From a virus (Duplodnaviria; Caudoviricetes): a stretch of DNA of 64,000 bases. The translations under genes were made by a program, and so were the position numbers. Location: positions 56,648 through 120,647 of IMG/VR virus record IMGVR_UViG_3300006056_000027. The stretch is one strand, 5' to 3'. The first letter of the stretch is position 1; every line of letters begins with the position of its first letter. The notes beneath the pieces are model-generated. The model was not told where the DNA came from. It ran no database searches and was given only the letters and a program-made list of their open reading frames with translations. Below are positions 1 to 9,302 of the stretch, one piece after another.

Positions 1-339
1 ATCTTTTTAAAGTACCTAGGTATAGCTATTGAATTTGATGGTAGACAGCATAGTCACTATGTTGAACATTTTCATAAGGATATGAACGGATATATTAATT
101 CTAAGAACCTAGATAATAAAAAGAATGAGTGGGCTAAGTTGCATAATATAACGGTCATCAGATTCGATGATTCAAATATGCCTAAATCCGCTCAGGATCT
201 TAGAACGATAATAATAAAATCATTGTCCGATTCACCTAATGACGAATATTCCTTTTCATCTTTTGATGTTGAGAAGTCTCAACGACTTGTTGATGCGTCC
301 AATTATAGAAAAGATCTTTATAGAAAAAATAAGAAATGA
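1..339 (+). CDS. Partial (5'-truncated) DUF559/Vsr-like endonuclease
   Basis: Frame 1 is open from base 1: IFLKYLGIAIEFDGRQH...D-x-x-K-NEWAKLHNITVIRF. This matches the IExDGxxH...DxxK...IxVIRF pattern of DUF559/Vsr-type nucleases. The ORF track starts it at an internal Met (82). Confidence 0.65.
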   Translation: MFLKYLGIAIEFDGRQHSHYVEHFHKDMNGYINSKNLDNKKNEWAKLHNITVIRFDDSNMPKSAQDLRTIIIKSLSDSPNDEYSFSSFDVEKSQRLVDASNYRKDLYRKNKK

Positions 340-1451
340 CAGATATTAGAATATTTCCAAAACTGTACGGCACGTCTTCGTCTGGCAAGATTAAAGAGTG
401 GCAAATTACCGTAGAGGAAGTAAATGGTGTTGGTGCTATCAATACTTATCATGGCTATGTTGGCCAAAAGATTACGCACAATATTAAGTATATCTATACT
501 GGTAAAAATATTGGTAAGAAGAATGAAACATCTCCTTATGAACAAGCGGTCTCTGAAGCACAAAGCACTTACAATAAGAAGATTGATGAACAGTACAAAT
601 TAAATTACAATGACCCTATCTTAGTTAACGAAATTCCTTTGCCTATGCTGGCACATGAGTTTTCAAAGCGAGGTAAGTCAATTGTATATCCCTGCTGCGT
701 ACAGCCAAAACTTAATGGCGTTCGTTGCTTAATTACTAGGCTTACTGATCGTATGCGCGCTACTAGTCGCGGTGGTAAAGAATATAAAGCCATTTTTAAA
801 ATCCTTGAAATATTAAACAACAAGCTATGCGTACATAACATGCTTGATGGGGAACTTTATTCCCATAATTTAACCTTTCAAGAGATTGTTTGCGCTATTA
901 AGAATGAAACAGAGTTAGATATTAATTTAGACAAGATTGAATATTGGGTATATGACTATCCAGTTGAAAATGTTTCGTTTGCTGCTCGTTATGAGATGCT
1001 TGTCGCATTTACAAATCTTGTTAATGATCCATTGATCAAACTTGTTCCAACTTATATTGTAAACAATGAAGAAGAGTTGATGCAAAAACATCTTGAGTTT
1101 GTTAATGCAGGATATGAAGGCACAATGATTCGTAATACTCTTGGCTTGTATACCTTTAAGCATCGTAGCGTTGACTTGCAAAAGTTAAAAGACTTTATGG
1201 ATGATGAGTTTGAAATAATAGGTGGCGAAGAAGGCTGTGGACTTGCTGAAGGACAATGTATATTTATTTGTCAGACTGCAAAAGAACAACCATTTAGAGT
1301 TCGCTGTATAGGGCCTAATTCTATTCGTGAAGAACAATGGAATCACTTAAAAGATTATATCGGTAAAATGGTTACTGTTAAATATCAATGCTTAAGTGAT
1401 GATGGTATTCCTATATTCCCTGTTGGCATTGGAGTTCGATATCTTGACTAA
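336..1451 (+). CDS. lig: ATP-dependent DNA ligase
   Basis: PMLA, motif I QPKLNGVRC, SRGGK, LDGELY, YWVYD, YEGTMIR, LQKLK, and a C-terminal OB fold ending TVKYQ...GIPIFPV. Confidence 0.93.
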   Translation: MTDIRIFPKLYGTSSSGKIKEWQITVEEVNGVGAINTYHGYVGQKITHNIKYIYTGKNIGKKNETSPYEQAVSEAQSTYNKKIDEQYKLNYNDPILVNEIPLPMLAHEFSKRGKSIVYPCCVQPKLNGVRCLITRLTDRMRATSRGGKEYKAIFKILEILNNKLCVHNMLDGELYSHNLTFQEIVCAIKNETELDINLDKIEYWVYDYPVENVSFAARYEMLVAFTNLVNDPLIKLVPTYIVNNEEELMQKHLEFVNAGYEGTMIRNTLGLYTFKHRSVDLQKLKDFMDDEFEIIGGEEGCGLAEGQCIFICQTAKEQPFRVRCIGPNSIREEQWNHLKDYIGKMVTVKYQCLSDDGIPIFPVGIGVRYLD

Positions 1452-1477
1452 GTACATTTATAATAAAATAATATTCT

Positions 1478-3727
1478 TTGGATATTATAGTGATAACAAA
1501 ATTAAAGAAAAGAAATGGTACTGTTCAGGATTTTAATCCAGACAAATTAAATAAGTGGGCTGAATGGGCTGCTAATCTTAATGTGGAGTGGGCATCGGTT
1601 GCCCTTGGCGCTTATAAGAAGTGCTACGACGGGTGTACGTCAGCCGAATTGCAGGACGCAATGATTTCAGAGTGCCTTGATAGAGAAGACACTCCACATT
1701 TAAAGATGGCTGGTAGACTTTATGTTGGCAATATTTATAAAAATGCTTTCGGGCATCAAGATAATATTCCTACATTAAAAGAAATGTATTACAGAATGCA
1801 TCTCCAAGGTCTTTGGGCCAATATGAGATATTCTGATGCCGAACTTGATGAGCTTGAAAGTGTTATTGATCACAGTTTAGATTTGAATTGTGTTCATTCA
1901 GAAGTTAAACAGTTAGCTACTAAGTATACTGCTTCTGATAAAACTACTGGCAAGATTTTTGAGTCTCCGCAATTTGTTTATATGCGTGTTGCTTTAGGCG
2001 TGATGAATATTCAGCCTGCCGAAAGACGTATTCAGGATGTTAAAGAAGCTTATTACTTTTTAAGTCGTAAGATATTAAACGCTCCTAGTCCAAATATGCT
2101 TCATCTAGGTACTATGCATATGGGATTAGCTTCCTGTTGTATTTATACTGCTGGAGATAATTTGCCTTCACTGGCTGCTGGTGACCATATAGCTTATATG
2201 ATGACTGCTGCTTCTGCAGGTATTGGATCTCATTTAATGACTCGTAGTGTTCTTGATCCAGTCCGTAAAGGCTCGATTAAGCATCAAGGTAAGTTACCCT
2301 ACTACCGTGTTATTGAGAAGTCTGTATTAGCGAACATGCAAGGTGGAAGAGGTGGCTCTGCTACCGTTCATTATAATGTTCTTGATCCAGAAATTGAAGA
2401 TTTGATTCATCTACGTAATCCTACTTCTGTTAATGAAAAGAAAATTAAAGAGCTAGATTATAGTGTTGGTTATAATTCCTTCTTTGCTAAAAAGGTTGCC
2501 AAGAACAAACAGTGGATGAGTATTAGTTATCTATATGCTCAAGACTTATGGCATGCAATGTATCAAGGTGATCAATCTGAATTTGAACGCTTATACAAAA
2601 AGTATGATGCTGATCCGAATGTTCCAACTAAAAAATATATGTCTGCTCGTAAGCTGGCATTACGCTTTTTAACTGAAGCTGTTGAAACTGGTCGTCAGTA
2701 TATTCATGCTATTGATGAGATGAATCGTCATACTCCGTTCTACGATATTATTTGGTCTTCTAACCTATGTCAGGAAATTGGCTTACCAACCAAAGCATTT
2801 AAGAATGTTATGGATGTTTATAGTAAAGACTCTCAAGGTGAAATTGCTTTATGTAATCTAATGGCTATTTGTTTAGGAAAGGTAACTCCTCAAACCTACG
2901 AAAAGGCTGCCTATTACGCATTGTTAATGGTTGATAATGTTATTGAGATTATGGATTATCCGTTCCCAAGTTTAGAGCGTACTGCTAAAGCTAGACGTTC
3001 TGCTGGTATTGGTGTTATGAATCTTGCATATGATATGGCTAATAAAGGTCTTACATATGATTGTCAAGCTGGCAAAGATTATATGCACAGACTTGCTGAA
3101 CAGCATTCCTATTGGCTGCATCGTGCTTCATTGAAGCTTGGTAAAGAAAAAGGTAATTGTGAATGGACTCATAAGACTAAATATCCTGATGGCTGGCTAC
3201 CTATAGATACTTATAAGAAATCTGTTGATCAAATTACTTCTCAAAAGAATATGTTTGATTGGGAGACTTTAAGAATAGAGATTGTAGAAAACAAAGGTCT
3301 ACGTCATTCTGTATTAGAAGCATTTATGCCTGGAGAGTCTTCAAGTGTTGCTAGCAATACTACTAATGGGTTGTATCCTATTAGACAAGGTATTGTAATC
3401 AAGATGAATGGCACAGAGAAAAATGTGTTCATTGCTCCTGAATGGGAGGAGTTGAAGTATCAGTATCAATTGGCTTGGGATATTAAAACCAGAGACATGA
3501 TTGATACCTATGCTATTTGGCAAAAATGGTGTGGTCAAGGTATATCAGCTGATCTATATATTAAGTTCTCGGATGCTAATAATCGTAAGGTTAGTGGCAA
3601 ACAGTTAATTATGGACTTCCTGTATGCTACAGAAAAGGGTCTTAAAACAAGATATTATTATAATAGTGCTACTGGTACTATTGAATCAGAAGAACGTGGT
3701 TGTGCAGGAGGTGGTTGCGTGTTGTAA
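1478..3727 (+). CDS. nrdA: Ribonucleotide reductase class Ia, large subunit
   Basis: N-terminal ATP cone (KKRNGTVQDFNPDKL), ESPQFVYMRVA, ASCC, SNLCQEI catalytic loop, MPGESSS, KTRYY tyrosine pair, C-terminal CAGGGC. True start may be GTG at 1490. Confidence 0.97.
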   Translation: MDIIVITKLKKRNGTVQDFNPDKLNKWAEWAANLNVEWASVALGAYKKCYDGCTSAELQDAMISECLDREDTPHLKMAGRLYVGNIYKNAFGHQDNIPTLKEMYYRMHLQGLWANMRYSDAELDELESVIDHSLDLNCVHSEVKQLATKYTASDKTTGKIFESPQFVYMRVALGVMNIQPAERRIQDVKEAYYFLSRKILNAPSPNMLHLGTMHMGLASCCIYTAGDNLPSLAAGDHIAYMMTAASAGIGSHLMTRSVLDPVRKGSIKHQGKLPYYRVIEKSVLANMQGGRGGSATVHYNVLDPEIEDLIHLRNPTSVNEKKIKELDYSVGYNSFFAKKVAKNKQWMSISYLYAQDLWHAMYQGDQSEFERLYKKYDADPNVPTKKYMSARKLALRFLTEAVETGRQYIHAIDEMNRHTPFYDIIWSSNLCQEIGLPTKAFKNVMDVYSKDSQGEIALCNLMAICLGKVTPQTYEKAAYYALLMVDNVIEIMDYPFPSLERTAKARRSAGIGVMNLAYDMANKGLTYDCQAGKDYMHRLAEQHSYWLHRASLKLGKEKGNCEWTHKTKYPDGWLPIDTYKKSVDQITSQKNMFDWETLRIEIVENKGLRHSVLEAFMPGESSSVASNTTNGLYPIRQGIVIKMNGTEKNVFIAPEWEELKYQYQLAWDIKTRDMIDTYAIWQKWCGQGISADLYIKFSDANNRKVSGKQLIMDFLYATEKGLKTRYYYNSATGTIESEERGCAGGGCVL

Positions 3728-3744
3728 GACATGTGCTAAATATT

Positions 3745-4305
3745 ATGCCTAAAGCTAAAAATACTTCACATATAAATTGGTCAGAATATTTTCAATATGA
3801 TGACTCATCACCTTCACACCTTCGTCATTTACTCTCTAAGGGCGGCATTAAGTCTGGTTCTGTTGCTGGCTATATACATCATACAGGATACTACATAGTT
3901 AAGCTTAATAGTTTCCAATATAGAGTGCATAGAATTATTTGGGAAATGCACAATCCTCCTTTAAGTGAGAATGAAAAGGTTGATCATATTGATGGAAACA
4001 AGTTAAATAATAAAATATCTAATCTTAGAGCTGTTTCGGAAACTTTAAACATTAGAAATGGTAGAATGCGTAATACTAATACTACTGGAGTTACTGGTGT
4101 TTCTGTCAATATGTTTAAAGAATATAAATATTATATGGCACATTCTGTTAATTTGAATGGCAAACAGAAATCTGTTTATTTTTCTGTGTCCAAACTTGGA
4201 GAAGAGAAAGCATTTGAAATGGCTTGTAATAAAAGAAAAGAAATGATAGATGCCCTTAATCTACAAGGTGCAGGCTATACGGAAAGACATGGAGTTGCAG
4301 CATAA
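3745..4305 (+). CDS. Free-standing HNH homing endonuclease with C-terminal AP2-like domain
   Basis: YRVHRIIWEMH, VDHIDGNKLNNKISNLRAV, then NTTGVTGV...FSVSKLGEEKAFEMAC. ATG 3745 is preferred over 3700, which overlaps nrdA. Confidence 0.9.
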   Translation: MPKAKNTSHINWSEYFQYDDSSPSHLRHLLSKGGIKSGSVAGYIHHTGYYIVKLNSFQYRVHRIIWEMHNPPLSENEKVDHIDGNKLNNKISNLRAVSETLNIRNGRMRNTNTTGVTGVSVNMFKEYKYYMAHSVNLNGKQKSVYFSVSKLGEEKAFEMACNKRKEMIDALNLQGAGYTERHGVAA

Positions 4306-5396
4306 TGTCTAGTATTTTTAATATAGATAATGATGAGTGGCGTACTGGAGAGGGATCATTAATTCTTGGTCAAGCTCCTGGCCTTTACGATAGTATCAAT
4401 GTGAGACATCCACCTTTGTTTAACTTGTATAAGTTGCAGAAGTCTATGGATTGGGCTGAAGATGAAATAAGTCTTGAGCAGGCCCGTGTCGATTTGGCCA
4501 CATGCCCTAAAGCTATTAGGGATATTATGTTAATGAATATTGCATTTCAATGGCCTACAGATAGCGTTGCTGCTAGATCTGTTGCTCCTTTGTTTGCTCC
4601 GTTCATTACTAATTCTGAATTCTGGGCAGGGATGCTTAAGAATTGTGAAATAGAAGTTTTACATGCCTTAACTTATTCTGAAATTGTAAGACAATGTATT
4701 CCTGATCCTACTGAAGCATTTGAACTCATCTTAAAAAATGATGAGGTAATGGTTCGTCTTGCGCCAGTCCTTAAACACTTTGAGGCATTGGCAAAAGCAG
4801 GTGCTGAGTATAATCTTGGTATTAGAAAGAACGATCAAGAAACTTACAATATTGTTATGACTGCTTTGGTTGCATTATACGTAATGGAACGTTTGCAGTT
4901 TATGTCTTCGTTTGCTCATACCTTTGCCGTTGTTGAACAGGGTTATGCTTTACCTATTGGCAAGTACGTACAAAAGATTATGCTTGATGAGTTAACTTGT
5001 CATTCTGAACTTATACGTACTGCTTTAGAGATTGAGTTTAAAACTGCTCGTGGTCAGATCTTCTTAGAACAATGTCGTGATATAATTGATAGCATCTTTT
5101 ATACAATCAGGCAATGTGAATATGATTGGAATGCTCACACCTTCAGCGAAGGTCGATCTATTGTTGGCTTAAATGAAAATCTTGCCAATGGTTGGTCTGA
5201 TCATAATGCTTATTTTGTTGCAGTAGTTTTACGTATTGATTTTCCATTCGTTCCTAATCCATTAAAATATATGGACAACTGGATTGATATTGATAAAATA
5301 CAAAATGCTCAACAAGAAGAGTCTGGTAATAACTATGCTCTTAATTCCGTCGTAGATGATATGACTGAAGATGAAATCTTTGCATTTGAAGAATAA
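4305..5396 (+). CDS. nrdB: Ribonucleotide reductase class Ia, small subunit
   Basis: WAEDEI, QWPTDS, EVLHALTYS (iron ligands plus radical Tyr), ERLQFMSSF, DELTCH, C-terminal QNAQQEE...Y. Confidence 0.95.
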   Translation: MSSIFNIDNDEWRTGEGSLILGQAPGLYDSINVRHPPLFNLYKLQKSMDWAEDEISLEQARVDLATCPKAIRDIMLMNIAFQWPTDSVAARSVAPLFAPFITNSEFWAGMLKNCEIEVLHALTYSEIVRQCIPDPTEAFELILKNDEVMVRLAPVLKHFEALAKAGAEYNLGIRKNDQETYNIVMTALVALYVMERLQFMSSFAHTFAVVEQGYALPIGKYVQKIMLDELTCHSELIRTALEIEFKTARGQIFLEQCRDIIDSIFYTIRQCEYDWNAHTFSEGRSIVGLNENLANGWSDHNAYFVAVVLRIDFPFVPNPLKYMDNWIDIDKIQNAQQEESGNNYALNSVVDDMTEDEIFAFEE

Positions 5397-5421
5397 CATA
5401 AGCTATTAGTAGCTAAAAATT

Positions 5422-5450
5422 AGGGGTGCTTTGCATCCCTTTTGAGTTTT
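5422..5450 (+). terminator. Probable intrinsic terminator after nrdB
   Basis: Stem AGGGGTGC / GCATCCCT with a TTT loop, followed by TTTGAGTTTT. Confidence 0.6.
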
Positions 5451-5457
5451 ATAATTA

Positions 5458-5892
5458 ATGAATAAACAACAAGTCCCAACACAACTAGAATTTGATTTTC
5501 AAGATTCTATACATCCATCTGTATCTGATCAGCTTATTAGCCTTAACTTAGGTGTAGTTAATAATCCAAATATGACGCATACCACTGGTTTTCTTACTAC
5601 TACTGGTGTCAAGTATGATTCTTCTAAAATAAGATTGTCATTGTATCCTGCTGAAGCTATGTATAAGATTGCTGAAGTTCTTGAGTTTGGTGCTAAGAAG
5701 TATGCTGTTGATAATTGGAAATATGTCCAACCAATTGAAAGATACTTTGATGCTGCTCTTCGTCATTTGATGGCAATTAAGACTGGCGAATTAAATGATC
5801 CAGAAAGTGGGCTAAGTCATTTAGCGCATGCTGGTACATGTATTGCGTTTATGCTATATCACGAATCTAAAGGTTTAAATCTAAAACTTTAA
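5458..5892 (+). CDS. dATP/dGTP diphosphohydrolase domain protein (DUF5664-like)
   Basis: GVKYDSSKIRLSL...VLEFGAKKYAVDNWK...YFDAALRHL...DPESGLSHLAHA, the typical family pattern. Confidence 0.88.
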   Translation: MNKQQVPTQLEFDFQDSIHPSVSDQLISLNLGVVNNPNMTHTTGFLTTTGVKYDSSKIRLSLYPAEAMYKIAEVLEFGAKKYAVDNWKYVQPIERYFDAALRHLMAIKTGELNDPESGLSHLAHAGTCIAFMLYHESKGLNLKL

Positions 5893-5893
5893 T

Positions 5894-6106
5894 ATGTCAG
5901 AAGTTCAAATATTAGAAATGGAATATGAAGCTGTAGGTCCTAGTATGGATCTTGTAAGCTCGTCTTCCTCTTGCTATCTTAACGATGAACAGGCCATGTC
6001 CGTAAGGTCTGCCTTTTCAACTATTCAAGTTAGATTTGAGTATGATCCAGTTTGGGGATATTCAAAGATCATTGCTGTAAATGGAATGTTAGTAAATGTC
6101 ATATGA
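5894..6106 (+). CDS. Hypothetical protein
   Basis: 70-aa ORF packed in line with its neighbours; no recognisable motif. Confidence 0.6.
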   Translation: MSEVQILEMEYEAVGPSMDLVSSSSSCYLNDEQAMSVRSAFSTIQVRFEYDPVWGYSKIIAVNGMLVNVI

Positions 6107-6338
6107 TGGTATCTTATGGAAGGATGTTGATCCCGATCTTCATTATGAGTCCATAGAAGACGTTCTTATGACGTGCTGTCACATATGTGGTGAGCGTCTT
6201 GAATGGGATGTTAAGACTACTTACAACTCATATATGGATGCTCCTACTATAAAAGGTGAGTCATTCAGTTGTGGTGTTAAGTATATGTTTGAATACGATC
6301 ATGTCGATTCTTGTTATAAGATAATGGTTTATTACTAA
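6096..6338 (+). CDS. Hypothetical protein, possible zinc ribbon
   Basis: 80 aa with CCHICG...CG...C; overlaps the preceding gene and abuts the next. Confidence 0.6.
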   Translation: MSYDGILWKDVDPDLHYESIEDVLMTCCHICGERLEWDVKTTYNSYMDAPTIKGESFSCGVKYMFEYDHVDSCYKIMVYY

Positions 6339-7109
6339 ATGTCAGAACAATCTAATCACACAATACTTCCTTACAAAGAAAGGCTTGAGAAATTCAAACT
6401 TAAGCAAGAACGTAAGAATAAAAGGGAAGCTCTTAAACTGCTTCCTAAACGTCCTCGTGGTCGTCCTAAAAAAGAAAAGCCTCCTAAGACTCCTAAGCCT
6501 CCAAGAGTTTATCCTCCTAAGAAGCAAAGAAAAGATGGATGCATAATGATATCTCCCATTTTAAATATTGGCCAGTTTAATAGACTGATCTATAAGACGG
6601 TTGATATTATGATGTTTGATAGAGATAAGACTGCTGCGGTAATATGGAATGCTTATAAGGATTATGAGTATTTGCTACGAAGAGAATTGACTGGATATCA
6701 GGACGATACCTTTCATGACATCTTGGTAACTATTAACTATTACCACGACCAAAATATTCGTGATCGACTTCATATCGACTGGATAGAAGTATTAGGTATT
6801 ACTATATGTAAGTGGCTTATAGAGGTTGAGACAAGTTATAAAACTAAAGGCCCAGGACGTACTGGGTCTAGCTTATATAATTTCTTTCTTCATGCTTTTG
6901 CCAGAATATTTCAAAAGTCTTATATAGATTACTGTAGGCTTATGTACAAGGAATATGTTCCTCGACTATCTTATGCTCAACGATATGAGTATTTAGACGT
7001 AGATGTCGATGAGATTCCTAGTCTTACTAATCCAGCTATATTTGATAATGAGCTTTTCTATCATATACAAAAACGAATGGAGCCGTTAGGCCCCATTGTT
7101 TGCAGTTAG
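6339..7109 (+). CDS. Putative DNA-binding protein with AT-hook
   Basis: Basic, Pro-rich N-terminus containing PKRPRGRPKK (AT-hook core RGRP), followed by a helical-looking domain. Confidence 0.6.
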   Translation: MSEQSNHTILPYKERLEKFKLKQERKNKREALKLLPKRPRGRPKKEKPPKTPKPPRVYPPKKQRKDGCIMISPILNIGQFNRLIYKTVDIMMFDRDKTAAVIWNAYKDYEYLLRRELTGYQDDTFHDILVTINYYHDQNIRDRLHIDWIEVLGITICKWLIEVETSYKTKGPGRTGSSLYNFFLHAFARIFQKSYIDYCRLMYKEYVPRLSYAQRYEYLDVDVDEIPSLTNPAIFDNELFYHIQKRMEPLGPIVCS

Positions 7110-7529
7110 TTCTAAGATTTTAATCTTATCTATCAATGGTGCTATTACTACTGACATCTCTTCTTTAGAGATTCTGTTCATAAGTGCCTTATTGATATTC
7201 TTAATTGATCCATTTATTGCATCAATTGATTCCATGATGCCAATTAGTTTGGCAACATCCCACGGTTTTAGACCTTCTAATGCCGTACTTGCCAGTTCAA
7301 TGGATTCATCATTGTAGTCGTAATACACTATAATCTTGGATCCGTTTTCTGGCACTTCTGTGGTTTGATAAAACCCATTCCCTATCTCGCTTACTGTTAA
7401 ACTATGTAAGCTCCTATCTGCTTTATTCTCAAAAGCTACTATGCTTCCATCTACAAAGGTTGTAGGTACTTGAAATAAAACTGTTGCGCCGTCTGGTGTC
7501 GTATCAGTATAAATTTTATTTACTATCAT
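7086..7529 (-). CDS. Putative virion accessory protein (small beta-sandwich plus coiled coil)
   Basis: TPDGATVLFQVP...PENGSKIIVYY resembles the DG-x-T-x-x-F repeat domains of phage structural proteins. Last gene of the late block. Confidence 0.55.
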   Translation of the reverse strand: MIVNKIYTDTTPDGATVLFQVPTTFVDGSIVAFENKADRSLHSLTVSEIGNGFYQTTEVPENGSKIIVYYDYNDESIELASTALEGLKPWDVAKLIGIMESIDAINGSIKNINKALMNRISKEEMSVVIAPLIDKIKILELTANNGA

Positions 7530-9301
7530 TCTGCTCTCACTATTATTCTAGAAATTTCTGGTATTATTAAATTGTTTGTTGACTTCAATGTTCCTCTGAT
7601 TTGTATTTTATCTACAAATGAATATAGATTATAAAAACAGCAATACACTTCCTTCACTTCCTTATCCGTACTTATTACTAAGTTATTGTCAGTTCTTTCT
7701 AATTTAATATCATTCACTTCAAATAGTTCTTTTCCAAATACAAAATCAACATTTTCCTCTATTAGCAATTTAATATTATAAGGATACATTGTATCTGTAA
7801 TTGTTGTTGAGCCAGAAGCTAGTTCTATTGTAATTAGGTTTCCGTTTATACTGTATGACTTGACTAAGGCTTTGTTAAATAATTTTAAGAAGTCATCTGC
7901 CAAGATACCTATCTTTGTTAGCCCTTTTGGAATCGTTACAACTCCAGTGTATTCTATGTCATTTATATAAATTGTTTTTATGCCAACATCTATCGTCTTT
8001 TCGGTATATGAAAGTACATGTGCGGTATAGATATATTCTTCGTATGACCAATCTTGATTTTTAGTAAAATATCTTGTCTTGTTAGATATTAAGAATGGTT
8101 GAGGTATTTCTAGGTTAAATCTATTTCTACCATCTACAAGATCTCTTTCTGCTATCTTGATAATCTTATTGTCGAATATCTCTTGGCAATTAATGATTGA
8201 GCTCAATCTTCTATTCTTTGTTTTGTTGACAGGCCTGATTGTTTGCCATTCTTTGTCGTTTACTTTGATTTCATAATTGATGTTGATATTGTTGTCATCG
8301 TACATATCTTTAGTATCAATAATAATCTTTGATAGGTTGGCGGCTAAGTCTATACTTTTTGTAGTAAACTTAACTTCCTTCTTTTCAAATTCTGATGATA
8401 TCTTAATCTGCGTCAATGGAACTTCGTAAACGTATTTGTTTCCGTTCTTGAATGATGCATCATCTTTGTATACTATCAATCTAATAAACTGGACTGGTTC
8501 TCTTTCTGTTGTGAATGTCGTATCAATGGAAATAGTCTTGCTTGTGATTGTTGTGTATGTAATTCCATCTTTTGATTTTAGAATCTTTACCACTTCTGGT
8601 CCAACAAATACTGGGCATATTGATTCTATATCTGTCTTCTTATTCAGATTGATATCTATAGTAATCTTCTTTTTGCCATTGAATCTTGTTTCACATTTGG
8701 CTTTATATGTTCCCGATGCTTCTATAATCGTATCTATGCCAACTATATTCCAGCCATTACCTGCCTTGTTATAAATGTATCCATACACATCCTGTCCGTT
8801 GTCATCAATCTGAACAGACAATGATTCCATTCTTATAGACGATGTATCTATAATTTTGTTTGCACCATTGTTCTCAGATGATATCCCAAGTAGCTTGTTT
8901 GACATAATAGCTGCTGTCGTATTATCCATGTCGAAAGAATGTGCAGAGATATCAATTATTTTTGTTATAGATTCATTAGACATATTGGATTCTAATAGTC
9001 TTGCTGCTTTTATCTTCTCATACGTAACTGTTCTAATTCTTCTATTCAAAATATCAAATGAGCTTTCAATATCTTCTAAAAGATTTTCTGCTCTTTGTGA
9101 CTTCTCATTAAACTCCATAAAGATAGCCATCATATTGATAACGTATTTGTACAAATCCAATTCGTTAGCAAATGAAAATGTTGACATATCAATCTCAAAC
9201 GTAGACTGGATCAAGTCGATCATCTCGTCTACGGTCTTAACTGTAACTGGTGCATTTTGTATTCTCACCAAGTTTTCTGCGTTTCTACTTAAAAAATCCA
9301 T
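7526..9301 (-). CDS. Putative baseplate/tail peripheral structural protein
   Basis: Beta-rich protein in the tail module that resembles 9303-11870. ATG 9301 (MDFLSRN) follows directly on the upstream stop. Confidence 0.55.
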   Translation of the reverse strand: MDFLSRNAENLVRIQNAPVTVKTVDEMIDLIQSTFEIDMSTFSFANELDLYKYVINMMAIFMEFNEKSQRAENLLEDIESSFDILNRRIRTVTYEKIKAARLLESNMSNESITKIIDISAHSFDMDNTTAAIMSNKLLGISSENNGANKIIDTSSIRMESLSVQIDDNGQDVYGYIYNKAGNGWNIVGIDTIIEASGTYKAKCETRFNGKKKITIDINLNKKTDIESICPVFVGPEVVKILKSKDGITYTTITSKTISIDTTFTTEREPVQFIRLIVYKDDASFKNGNKYVYEVPLTQIKISSEFEKKEVKFTTKSIDLAANLSKIIIDTKDMYDDNNININYEIKVNDKEWQTIRPVNKTKNRRLSSIINCQEIFDNKIIKIAERDLVDGRNRFNLEIPQPFLISNKTRYFTKNQDWSYEEYIYTAHVLSYTEKTIDVGIKTIYINDIEYTGVVTIPKGLTKIGILADDFLKLFNKALVKSYSINGNLITIELASGSTTITDTMYPYNIKLLIEENVDFVFGKELFEVNDIKLERTDNNLVISTDKEVKEVYCCFYNLYSFVDKIQIRGTLKSTNNLIIPEISRIIVRAE

Positions 9302-9302
9302 C

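Noticed and set aside
1444-1464. sigma70 promoter TTGACT...TATAAT upstream of nrdA
   Set aside because: The spacer is only 9 bp. The hexamer at 17 bp spacing (TCGATA) is too weak to call in AT-rich DNA.
1478-5396. Intron, intein or split gene in nrdA/nrdB around the HNH gene
   Set aside because: NrdA runs unbroken to its C-terminal Cys pair and NrdB has all expected motifs. No intein ends and no room for a group I intron core.
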